From Mustelus asterias (Eukaryota): a stretch of DNA of 64,000 nucleotides. The first letter of the stretch is position 1; every line of letters begins with the position of its first letter. The stretch covers positions 35,774,001 to 35,838,000 of the forward strand of contig NC_135803.1 of the NCBI RefSeq assembly GCF_964213995.1. The letters run 5' to 3'. The translations under genes were made by a program, and so were the position numbers. Below the pieces are notes generated by a model that had not been told where the DNA came from, did no database searches, and saw nothing but the letters and a program-made list of their open reading frames with translations. Shown here piece by piece: positions 1 to 10,529 of the stretch.

Positions 1-60
1 GAGAGCAGCCATTAGTCAACATGTTTAAGTATTATCTATCTTCATAATGCTATCCACTGT

Positions 61-607
61 TGTGGTAAAAGACTGAAACCACTCAAGTCTGTAAGTTGCA
101 GTAATTGAGACTTTATTCACAGCTGTGCTTAGGAGATATAACCTGCTCCTACAGGGTGTCTGCCTGATGCAAAGGCTGCATAACTAATTTATATCTATTG
201 ATTATCATCCTTGTACTATAAAATCATAAACAGCATTATACAGGATGTTAGGTAGCAGTAATTTATCTAACTGAAGTCTCTGCTTCTTATCACACTTCAG
301 TTTACCCATCCTGTGAGAGTCGTTAATTGTATGATTGTTACTTTCCCACGCCGGCATACTGAATAAATTGTATTAAGTTGATCTTTCTCTGCAACCTAGC
401 TACGACTGCAACACTATATTCTGCCCCTCCCCGTTCCTTCTCCCCTCTGTATTCTATGAACGGAATGCTTTGTCTGTACAGCATGCAAGAAACAATACTT
501 TTCACTGTATACCAATACATGTGACAAATCAAATCAAAATAACTAAAGTTGTTGATGCTCATTACTACATTTACCTACTTCAAAGCTGTTAATGTCGAAT
601 TATTTCA
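61..607 (-). repeat. 3' LTR (interrupted by a Rex1 tail at about 357-540)
   Basis: TGTGGTAAAAGACTGAAACCACTCAAGTCTGTAAG... aligns with 9833 onward; minus-strand AATAAA at 111-116; PPT-like AAGTGGGGGTAAT on the minus strand at about 608-620. Confidence 0.8.
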
Positions 608-1402
608 ATTACCCCCACTTCAGTCCCTCCATTTGGACCCCGGTCAGGCACTACCTGGCCCATGTGGACCATTCCCAAGGTCCTCTGCTCACCAGGAGCA
701 CCAAGGATCCTACTAGAGACTAATGTGCTTTGAGTTGCTGCCCTACCATTCTCTTGCAGCTTTTCCCAAGTCCTGTTGACCGAAAATAGGCCCGGAACCA
801 TCACTTCATCAAATTGCAAAATCTTCATAAATGTTCCTAATTTTGTATTTCCTGGGAGGGAAGTGTCAGTAGCAATGAATATCAATATGTACCCTTCATT
901 GGCCAGCATTACCATCTGTACTGCTTGGGATACCATTAGTCTCTGATAACAATGAATACAGAGACCAACTATTAAGAGCGCAACAGGCATAACTGCTGCT
1001 GTTACTCTTCTTCCAACCAGTCGTACTGCATTCTTACTATCCTGGCCAGATTACTGGTTGAGACTGCCAATTTCCTAGCCTTTCCTGTGACCAGAGTCAC
1101 GTGCACCCGTCCCTTGGTGACTGATGATGGCTTTGTTCCAAAAAAATCACATGAGAAAAATCAGAGCCCTTTCCATTGCTACCCAAGCTGTTCAACCTGG
1201 GGTGTGGTCGATGTTTTATGTACTGTCCGACCATAAACTGAGGGCCATGTCTGCAAGATGAAAATCCTCTTCCATAAAGATGTCTGATCTGTAAGCAGAA
1301 GATGTGGTTATTATCAAACACCGATCTTCCATATTGGAATCTTATCCTGTCCATCAGAAGCGCGACTATGCAAGGGGAGGATTGGACTACCTTGAAGTTC
1401 CC

Positions 1403-1718
1403 TTTTTTTTTTGTTTCTATTCCAATTCAATCAAATCCAGTCCAATTCAGAGTCTCAACAAGTTGAGACATTCCCGATCCAACCTGACAAGACAGGGCTT
1501 TCACCTCCTGTCTTGGGCTTGATCTACATGATCCAAGCTGATTGGAGTAGGCATAGCTCCTCCTCCAAGGCTTGATCTAATTTGCATCTCAGCCAAAAGG
1601 CCGAGATGCCGCTTTTAAAAATTGCTTCAAATGAAGCTAAAATGTAACCTAATAACTTCAACCAAGCACAGCATGTCAATACTACACTTGATCTTAGCCA
1701 AAAGGCCGAGAAGCTGAT
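1403..1718 (-). mobile_element. U2 snRNA-headed structured retroposon (SINEU/Keno-like) with an A-rich tail
   Basis: 1679-1718 matches U2 nt 1-39 (ATC[A]GCTTCTCGGCCTTTTGGCTAAGATCAAGTGTAGTAT), followed by a non-U2 body with four hairpins and an A10 tail at 1403-1412. Confidence 0.8.
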
Positions 1719-2009
1719 GGGTTTCAGGATATTACAGGGGCAGATGCTGTAATGCTGTGATTCAATGTAACTGCCAGAATGGCGCACCTACCAATTTCCT
1801 TCCATCCCCAGGAATTTGAACATATATCCACCCTGGTATGTTCCGCTATTATGCTGTTGTGGTGTACTCACCAGAAATTTCATTGTGTCTCCCTTGCCTC
1901 CAGTACTTTGCAACTACTAACTAACTAATCCATATCATTCTTCTTGTAAGTTGAAACTTACAGGTCTAATTTCTCCACAGCCTGATATATTCATAGATTC
2001 CATGCTGTG

Positions 2010-2300
2010 CAGAAGGAGGCCATTCGGCCCATCAATTCTACACCGACTCTTCGACAGAGCATCCTACCCATGCCCTTTCCCCGTAACCTTATGTATTTAC
2101 CCTGCTAATCCCCCTAACCTATACATCCTAGGACACTAAGGGACAATTTAGCATGGCCAATCCACCTACCCTGCACACCTTTGGACTGAGAGGAAACTGG
2201 AGCACTTGGAAGAAACCCACGCACATTGAGAATGTGCAAACTCCGTACCAACAATCACCCTGTGAGGCAGCAGTGCTAACCACTGTGCCACCATGCTGCC
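2010..2300 (-). mobile_element. HE1-type SINE with CR1-derived tail
   Basis: Reverse complement of the tRNA head and V domain; tail GGGCCGAATGGCCTCCTTCTGCAC. Confidence 0.85.
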
Positions 2301-2798
2301 CAAATGTTGAGGTGCAGTACCAAATCTGGTTTAACATTATCTATCAACATGTCACATGCCATCCCCTTAGACTGTGAGTACTCATATTAATGATTTTTAA
2401 CCCTCCAGCAATACCTTCCCCTGATCTTGAGTAGCTGTGATTTTATTTGGTTCCATGCACTGCGAATTGCATGTTGGCGCTTTGTTACCTCGCAGGCATA
2501 AGCGCTGTGACTTACGTTTTGCCCAATCAACCGATAAGGTCAAGATGAGGTTGGTTAAAATGTAGGTCACCTCCAGCATAAACATTGTAACGTCATGTTA
2601 TATCACTTTGGGTTTCCTCTAATTATCCCATCTGGGGATGGTGACATGGTGGCTGGGAACTTAGTGGGTTTCTGATATCTGCACATTGATAAATTAAAAC
2701 ATCGTGTATTGCCACAAACAAATTGATTGCTAACATCTATACAACACTCTTGACAGTATTGCCCCTCCAATCCCGGTCCCCAGACAAATGGGGACACA

Positions 2799-3675
2799 TT
2801 AGTCCATCCAGCATGGATAGACGATTGGTTAACTAACAGAAAGCAAAGAGTGGGGGTAAATGGGTGTTTTTCTGGTTGGCGATCAGTGACTAGTGGTGTG
2901 CCTCAGGGATCAGTGTTGGGATCGCAATTGTTTACGATTTACATAGATGATTTGGAGTTGGGGACCAAGGGTAGTGTGTCAAAATTCGCAGATGACACTA
3001 AGATGAGTGGCAGAGCAAAGTGTGCAGAGGACGCTGAAATTCTGCAAAGGGATATATATATATATAGTCTAAGTGAGTGGGCAAGGGTCTGGCAGATGGA
3101 GTACAATGTTGGTAAATGTGAAACCATCCATTTTGGTAGGAATAACAGCAAAGTGGACTATTATTTAAATGGTAAAAAATTGCAGCATGCTGCTGTGCAG
3201 AGGGACCTAGGTGTCCCGAGTTGAGAGGGTTGGCTTATGAGGAGAGACTGAGTATTCTGGGGCTATATTCATTGGAATTCAGAAGAATGAGGGGAGATCT
3301 TATAGAAACATCAAAGATTATGAAGGGAACAGATAAGATAGAAGCAGGGAAGTTTTTTCCACTGGAGTGAAACTAGAACTCGGGAGCAAGGCCTCACAAT
3401 AAGGGGGAGCAGATTTAGGACTGAGTTGAGGAGGAACTTCTTCACACAAAGGGTTGTGAATCTGTGGAATTCCCTGCCAGCAAAGCAGTTGAGGCTACCT
3501 GATTGAATGTTTTTAAGGCAAGGATAGGTAAATCTTTGAACAGTAAAGGAATTAAGGGTTATGGTGAGCGGGCGGGTAAGTGGAGCTGAGTCCACGAAAA
3601 GATCAGCCATGATCTTATTGAATGGCTGAGCAGGCTCAAGGGGCCAGATGGCCTACTCCTGCTCCTAGTTCTTAT
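2799..3675 (+). mobile_element. CR1 LINE 3' fragment with internal deletions
   Basis: GVPQGSVLG and KFADDTK RT motifs; CR1 3' end GGCCTACTCCTGCTCCTAGTTCTTATG. Confidence 0.9.
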
Positions 3676-4119
3676 GCCGTAATGTTCATTCCTGTGTTGG
3701 AAACAGATAACAGCATTGTCCCCACACCCAAGCTGGTGTTGTCCACTCCTTTTATCTCCACTCTTCCAGCCGTGTCCTTAGTATAAAAGGTCGGGGCAAA
3801 GTTATTCGAGTCGGTCTGTCCCCTTTTTGATAATATAACCTGAATAACACGATGACTACTGGTATTGACTTCCATCAGAAATCCCAACACTTGATTTCCT
3901 TTTCCATTCTCCGCTCCCTCGAGATAGCTGCACATACTGTCCTGGATCCAGATAGGTTGCTTTATTGATTCTCACAGTTGCCACCTCCCATGCTGCTGCT
4001 GTTAAGATTACTATTGCTGCTGTTCTTCAGCAGATTGCCATTGCTCTGAGGATTTGTCTGAAACAAAATAGTTAAGCAAGCTGCTGGTTGCTTTCCTGCT
4101 GTCAGAAACAGACTGTGAG

Positions 4120-4560
4120 ATATAAGGTTTCACCTGTGACAAATAATCCCAAGCATACACACGTGTCTCTAGTCATCATCATCATCCAGTAAGGTCCTTG
4201 CTACCGTGGGGTAGATTCAGATCATTTTGGTGCCCCCTTAATCATAATTTTATCCTCTACATCTGGCATGTCCTGGGCAAAACTACTTCCCCTTACTTCT
4301 TCCCAGGTCCACTACCTCCTGCTGATGTATCACCCCGGATCTCAATTCCTTAAGCTGTCTACAGAACTCTACAATGCCCCTTCTTATCATATCTTTCAAT
4401 GGCCAGTATCTTCACTTCCGGGCAGTTCCCTCTGGGAGGCGCATAACTCTGCCTGTGGTCATGGTGCTACTCCTGTGTTCCTAATTGTTGTATCTTGTAA
4501 GTGTATTAATATGATCATGGATACATTCACCTATCCTTTCCTTATTCTCCATTTACCTGA
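4120..4560 (-). pseudogene. Integrase C-terminal remnant of the LTR element
   Basis: Manual translation gives IILIHLQDTTIRNTGVAP*..TGRVMRLPE, then VEDKIMIK...PR*QGPY...LSQVKPY (GPY/F module), with stops and frameshifts. Confidence 0.7.
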
Positions 4561-5699
4561 ATCCATCTTGTGGTAAATTATTAAGTATTATTTTGTTCTC
4601 CTTGACCTTCAAATTGTCTCAACCAAAAATTCATTTTATACTCTCTCGCCATGATCATCTTAAAATTCTCTTAAAGTTAGTTTCCCCATTGCCTTGATTT
4701 TTCTGGAAAAAAAATGTTTTCTTATTCCTCAGGCCATATTGACCATTTTATGTCAAAGGGTCTCTGACATGAGATTTTATCTTGTCTTCCCCCTGTACAG
4801 TTTCAATGTCTCTGCTGATGGCCAGATTATCAAATTCAATTCCCTTAAAGGTTTATGTGTTGTGTCCTTTTTCCCTAATTTTATTTTGTATTTCCTCGTA
4901 CCATTTTACATCTGCAATAGCAACTATCTTATCTTATCCAGTTTCTCTGGGAAGATTTTACAGTCCAATAAATTGATATATTTGAAACAGAAATCAAACA
5001 CTCCTATTTGATTCCAGATATTAGCATGTGTTGATTCTTTGCTTTCTTTTCCTTGAGCAATGTTTCATTTTCTCAAAGATAACCCACTAAATTATTGTAC
5101 CTGAATTTTTCAATTTTAAGATTATCTGAATAGTGTTGTTGAGCTGCCTTCTTTAACTCTGCCAAAAGTTTCGAAACAAAGCACAAGGGTCTATTGTGTT
5201 TTGGTGGAATGGATTACTTCATCAGCCTAACAATTCAAGCTGCTATCAGAAGGAGTTAAGTCACTGTTTTCAAAGACTGATTCTCTCTATTATACTTCTG
5301 TAGGCAAGACTGATTCAAACTGCCTCTTGTTCCTTTAATAATTGTCCCCTTTCCAGAGTCTGCTGCCCTACCTCTGATTTCCCTGACTGATGCATATCAA
5401 GGTAACATTTACACAGAATCACTATTCCTTTCTCCTTTTTTCCCTTTTGTCTGTCTCTCTTACACTTGTCTGGGGTCCATGCTGGATTCCAGCCTCCCTT
5501 AGTCATTTTACTTTCGATTTTTTTGGTCAAATAACCAGTGAGTGACCCAAGTCCACAATCTAAATTTCTGTCATGGCTAATGTGCTGTTGATGGTTTGAC
5601 TACTATTATTGCCTTACTAGGAAATGGGCCACTCCCCACCCCATGGTTTTTTTTTCCCCCTCCACTGAAAACTAGGAAACAGGATACTGTTTTACCACT

Positions 5700-7267
5700 T
5701 TTTCTCACTGCACTGGACACTCATTTTCTCATTACACCAGACGCACCAGTTTTCCCACTACACCAGACGCACTGGTTGTCTGACTACATCGGACGCACTG
5801 GTTTTCCCGTTACATCGGACATACTTGTTTCTCACTACATCCGACGCGCGGTTGTCTCACTACACCAGACGCACTGGTTTTCCCATTACACCAAACGCAC
5901 TGGTTTTCCCACTACAGCAAACGCACTGGTTTTCCCACTACACCAGACGCACTGGTTTTCCCACTTCACCAGTCGCACTGGTTTTCTCACTACACCAGAC
6001 GCACCGGTTTTCCCACTACACCAGACGCACCGGTTTTCCTACTCCACCAGACGCACCGGTTTTCCTACTCCACCAGACGCACCGGTTTTCCCACTACACC
6101 AGTCGCACTGGTTTTCCCACTACACCAGTCGCACTGGTTTTCCCACTACACCAGACGCACCGGTTTTCCCACTACACCAGTCGCACTGGTTTTCCCACTA
6201 CACCAGACGCACCGGTTTTCCCACTACACCAGACGCACCGGTTTTCCCACTACACCAGACGCACCGGTTTTCCCACTACACCAGACGCACCAGTTTTCCC
6301 ACTACACCAGACGCACCGGTTTTCCCACTACACCAGACGCACCGGTTTTCCCACTATACCGACGCACCGGTTTTCCCACTGCACCAGACGCACCAGTTTT
6401 ACCACTGCACCAGACGCACTGGTTTTCCCACTACACCAGATGCACCGGTTTTCCCACTACACCAGACGCACCGGTTTTCCCACTACACCAGACGCACCGG
6501 TTTCCCCGCTACACCAGACGCACCGGTTTCCCCGCTGCACCAGACGCACCGGTTTCCCCGCTGCACCAGACGCACCGGTTTCCCCGCTACACCAGACGCA
6601 CCGGTTTCCCCGCTACACCAGACGCACCGGTTTCCCCGCTACACCAGACGCACCGGTTTCCCCGCTACACCAGACGCACCGGTTTCCCCGCTACACCAGA
6701 CGCACCGGTTTCCCCGCTACACCAGACGCACCGGTTTCCCCGCTACACCAGACGCACCGGTTTCCCCGCTACACCAGACGCACCGGTTTCCCCGCTACAC
6801 CAGACGCACCGGTTTCCCCGCTACACCAGACGCACCGGTTTCCCCGCTACACCAGACGCACCGGTTTCCCCGCTACACCAGACGCACCGGTTTCCCCGCT
6901 ACACCAGACGCACCGGTTTCCCCGCTACACCAGACGCACCGGTTTCCCCGCTACACCAGACGCACCGGTTTCCCCGCTACACCAGACGCACCGGTTTCCC
7001 CGCTACACCAGACGCACCGGTTTCCCCGCTACACCAGACGCACCGGTTTCCCCGCTACACCAGACGCACCGGTTTCCCCGCTACACCAGACGCACCGGTT
7101 TCCCCGCTACACCAGACGCACCGGTTTCCCCGCTACACCAGACGCACCGGTTTCCCCGCTACACCAGACGCACCGGTTTCCCCGCTACACCAGACGCACC
7201 GGTTTCCCCGCTACACCAGACGCACCGGTTTCCCCGCTACACCAGACGCACCGGTTTCCCCGCTACT
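5700..7267. repeat. 26-bp minisatellite (ACACCAGACGCACCGGTTTCCCCGCT), about 60 units, inside the LTR element
   Basis: Period 26, consistent with the 26-aa translated repeat (3 units). Degenerate on the left, homogeneous on the right. Confidence 0.95.
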
Positions 7268-7546
7268 TCAGTTTACCCTGGAAACAATTTCGATATTTCC
7301 TTCCTTTTAAACTTGTGTTATTTTTCAGTATCCAATCTCAAAATTGTCCTTTTTTATTGTGTCAGAAACAACTCTTTAAACTATACATGAAGTTTTTAAC
7401 CCAAGATCAATCCAATACAGGATTGGTCATAATTATATCAAATATCACAAATTCCACTCAACCCTATTGAATTAAAACAATCTAATTCTCACAAGATTAA
7501 AATCCCACATATTTATCAGAAATAGCCTGGAATTATAATTCTGGCC

Positions 7547-7850
7547 AGCAGCACAATGGCACAGCGGTTAGCACTGCTGCCTCACAGCGCCAGGGACCCG
7601 GGTTCGATTCCCGGCTTGAGTCACTGTCTGTGCGGAGTCTGCACATTCTCCCCGTGTCTGCGCGGGTTTCCTCCGTGTGCTCCGGTTTCCTCCCACAGTC
7701 TGAAAGTCATGCTGGTTAGGTGCATTGGCCATGATGAATTTTCTCCCTCAGTGTACCTGAACAGGCGCTGGAGTTTGGCGAATTTTCACAGTAACTTCAT
7801 TGCTGTGTTAATGTAAGCTTACTTGTGACACTAATAAATAAATAATAAAC
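7547..7850 (+). mobile_element. HE1-type tRNA-derived V-SINE (tail type CAGTAACTTCATTG...AATAAA)
   Basis: A box TGGCACAGCGG, B box GGTTCGATTCC, V-domain CCGGTTTCCTCCCACAGTC. Confidence 0.9.
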
Positions 7851-9395
7851 ATGATTGCAGGTTCATGACATGGAAAAAACTTTAATAATTACACTTCCTT
7901 TTTGTTAGCTTTTTGACTTAAATGACTGAAACTACTATCACATAATCACAATGTCAGACAGAAAAATATTAACGCTTGAAGCGCACAAACATTCACACAC
8001 AAATAAAGTGCTTTAAAACAACGCTAACCAAAATAAATTATGTCCGCGCTGTGGTGATGCTTGCTTTAAACTTCTGAAATGCCTGTAATTAAAACTCAAG
8101 ACAAGGTTAACTTAAAAAGAACTTAACATATTTGCCCAATACAATAATAAAACAAACCTATGAACATCCACATAAAACAAAAGCAACTCACAGGTTCTCA
8201 CAGCTCTTAAATTTCAGCAGTTAATTCTCAGCATTCTCTTGCAGCTGCAGGTTCTTAAAGAGAAGGAACATTACAAACTCAAATACCTCACTAAAACTTT
8301 CACTGCAGTCCCACAAATCCGCAATTAAACCTTATTTTAAATTAACATAGACACACACAGTAATCGCATTTACACTTTCATAATTCCATACAACCCTAGA
8401 AATATGAACTCCTACAATGAGATAAACCCAAAGTGTGAAAAGCATCCATAGATCCTGAGATCCAGAGAAGAGAAGAAAAATCAAATGAAAGTTTTAACTG
8501 ATTTAAAATTTCAATCACACTACAAATGTATACAAACACTAAACAAGCAAGAAAAACAACATATAAGACAGAACTACAGGGCTTAACAAGTTAGATGACA
8601 CAAGAACAGTATCTAAAGACATACAAAGAATCACATTTAGACAGGAAAAGGATTTATATCTCAACAAAATACACCAATATTTGTGCACAAGTTATTTATT
8701 TCATTTTGTTGCTTTTTCACACAGTGAGCTATGAACTTAATTTCTTTCTTTCTCCTGCCTTTCTTGACCTTGTGGCTGGAAGGGATTTAGAGAGACGGAT
8801 TGTTTCATGGTTCATTCAGGCACACAAGCAGCAGGTGTGCCATCTTGCTGAAAAGGGAGCTCACCTCCTGTAACTACTGGGACTAATGCCTGTTGTTTTC
8901 CCAATTCTCCTTTTAACACCAATATCTAAAACTTTACAAGCTTCTCTGTGAGGCTGCTTAACTGCTTCCCTTAAAGCTCTTCTGGCATCACACAAATCAG
9001 AGGCATGAGCCACTCATTTATCATGTTACTTTCTGTGAGCTCCTGCCTGAGTAGTTGTACCTCAACCAAGACAGCTCCTGCAAGCAAACTGGACATACTC
9101 TGCTGTTGTAATGTTGTAGCTGACTGCTCAGCTCCTAACCCTAAAATATGAACCTGCCTCTCTAAACCATCTACCTCCGGATCTTTCTGCTGAATTGCTT
9201 TCTCAAATTCTCCATTTCCTCCTCATTCTTTTTCAAAACCTCATCAATTTTCTAAGCATGGTAATATTTCTCCAAAAGCCAAAACACCCATTGCCTTTTC
9301 AGATCAACTTCTTCGCTCCAACTGTCTTATTGCTGCACTCTCAGATTTGTATACTGGTTGAGTTCCTTAAACTGACCCACCGGCTTCCTGTTTCA

Positions 9396-9716
9396 CATAG
9401 AATCATATAATCCCTACAGTGCAGAAGGAGGTCATTCGGCCCACCGAGTCAGCACTGACCACAATCCCATCCAGGTCCTCGACCCCATAACCCCATGCAT
9501 TTACCCGAGCTAGTCCCCACGACACTAAGTGACAATTTAGCATAGCCGATCCACCTAACCCGCACATCTTTGGACTGTGGGAGGAAACTGGAGCACCCGG
9601 AAGAAACCCACATAGACATGGGGAGAACGTGCAGACTCCGCACAGACAATGATCCGAGGCCGGAATTGAACCTGGCGCTGTGAGGCAGCAGTGCTAACCA
9701 CTGTGCCAACATGTCG
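9396..9716 (-). mobile_element. HE1-type SINE with CR1-derived tail
   Basis: Reverse-complement tRNA head, V domain and CR1-like tail; inserted in the ERV leader. Confidence 0.88.
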
Positions 9717-9808
9717 CTGACTGCCCTATCTAATGGTTGGTAAATGAACATATTCCCCGTGTTCTGCTGTCAGCAGTTGATCCAGTACCAATGTCTGATA
9801 TTAAGATG

Positions 9809-9826
9809 ATCCTGTCAACTACATCA
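9809..9826 (-). promoter_or_regulatory. Primer-binding site complementary to the tRNA-Ser 3' end
   Basis: Plus strand ATCCTGTCAACTACATCA versus recalled tRNA-Ser(AGA) 3' end ATCCTGCCGACTACGCCA: 14/18 identical, all four differences transitions. Lies 6 nt from the LTR edge. Confidence 0.75.
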
Positions 9827-9832
9827 AAAAAA

Positions 9833-10185
9833 TGTGGTAAAAGATTGAAACCACTCAAGTCTGTAAGCTGCAGTAGCTGAAACTTTATTCAGAAACATGC
9901 TTGGGTACATTATTTGTTCCAACAGGGTGCCTGCCTGATACAAAGGCTGCATAACATGTTTATATCTTTTGGTTATCACCCTTACACTATAAGATCCTAA
10001 TAAACAGCATGATACAGACTGCAGCTGTAATATAACTAACTGAAAGCCCAAGTCTGTGCTTCATGTCATACTTTTGTTACTCATCCTGTGAAGGTCATTA
10101 AGTTTGTGATTGTTACTTTCCCACACTACCATGCTGAGAAAAGCTCTAGTAACTCATTTCAAAGCTGTTAATGCTCAGAACTACA
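9833..10185 (-). repeat. 5' LTR
   Basis: Homologous to 61-607 through TTCAAAGCTGTTAATG. The right boundary is approximate. Confidence 0.8.
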
Positions 10186-10529
10186 GCTCGTGTCTCCCAA
10201 GCAGGAGACTTCTTGGAGGTCCCCAGGAGCAGGGAATTGCTCTTCAGATGCTCAGACTTCCCAGACAACTCTCCTGGAGTTAATCTGTCAGAACTTCAAA
10301 GGAGTCTGAACGCATAATTTAGGGGCTACGTCCAGTCTCTGATGAGCTGGAGACCAGAAGATCTGGGCCAGTGTTTCAGGCTGATGACCTTTTGTCAGAA
10401 TGAAAGTTCATCAGCTGGAAATGTAAACTCTCTCTCTCTCTCTCTATTTGTTCGAGCGATATTTATTTTTAGTAAAAAAGCAAGTAACAAACTCTACAGA
10501 GAGAAAGGGATTTTTTAGGAAAATGCTGA

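Larger units (their letters stand above)
870..4041 (-). pseudogene. env-like glycoprotein pseudogene (interrupted by CR1, HE1 and U2-headed insertions)
   Basis: Acceptor TATTTTGTTTCAG ends at 4058; ATG at 4041 then signal-like MAIC*RTAAIVILTAAAWEVAT; Cys-rich, N-glycosylation-site-bearing segments in ORFs 3672-3935 and 2603-2797; TM-like VTAAVMPVALLIVGLCIHCY near 950-1005. Confidence 0.6.
61..10185 (-). mobile_element. Degenerate env-bearing LTR retroelement / endogenous retrovirus, with pol largely deleted
   Basis: Diverged direct repeats at 61-607 and 9833-10185 (TG...CA); PBS next to the right LTR; PPT next to the left LTR; integrase remnants (TGVAP..TGRVMRLPE, PRxQGPY, LSQVKPY); env-like signal peptide and TM segments. 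No TSD found. Confidence 0.8.

Noticed and set aside
1679-1718. Functional U2 snRNA gene
   Set aside because: Only nt 1-39 are present, with a 1-nt insertion. There is no Sm site, no 3' stem-loops and no visible PSE.
5596-7470. 624-aa and 521-aa repetitive ORFs
   Set aside because: Artefact of a stop-free 26-bp minisatellite. The same peptide appears in overlapping frames and there is no gene context.
7547-7620. tRNA genes at the SINE heads
   Set aside because: A and B boxes are present, but they run directly into the SINE V domain and tail.
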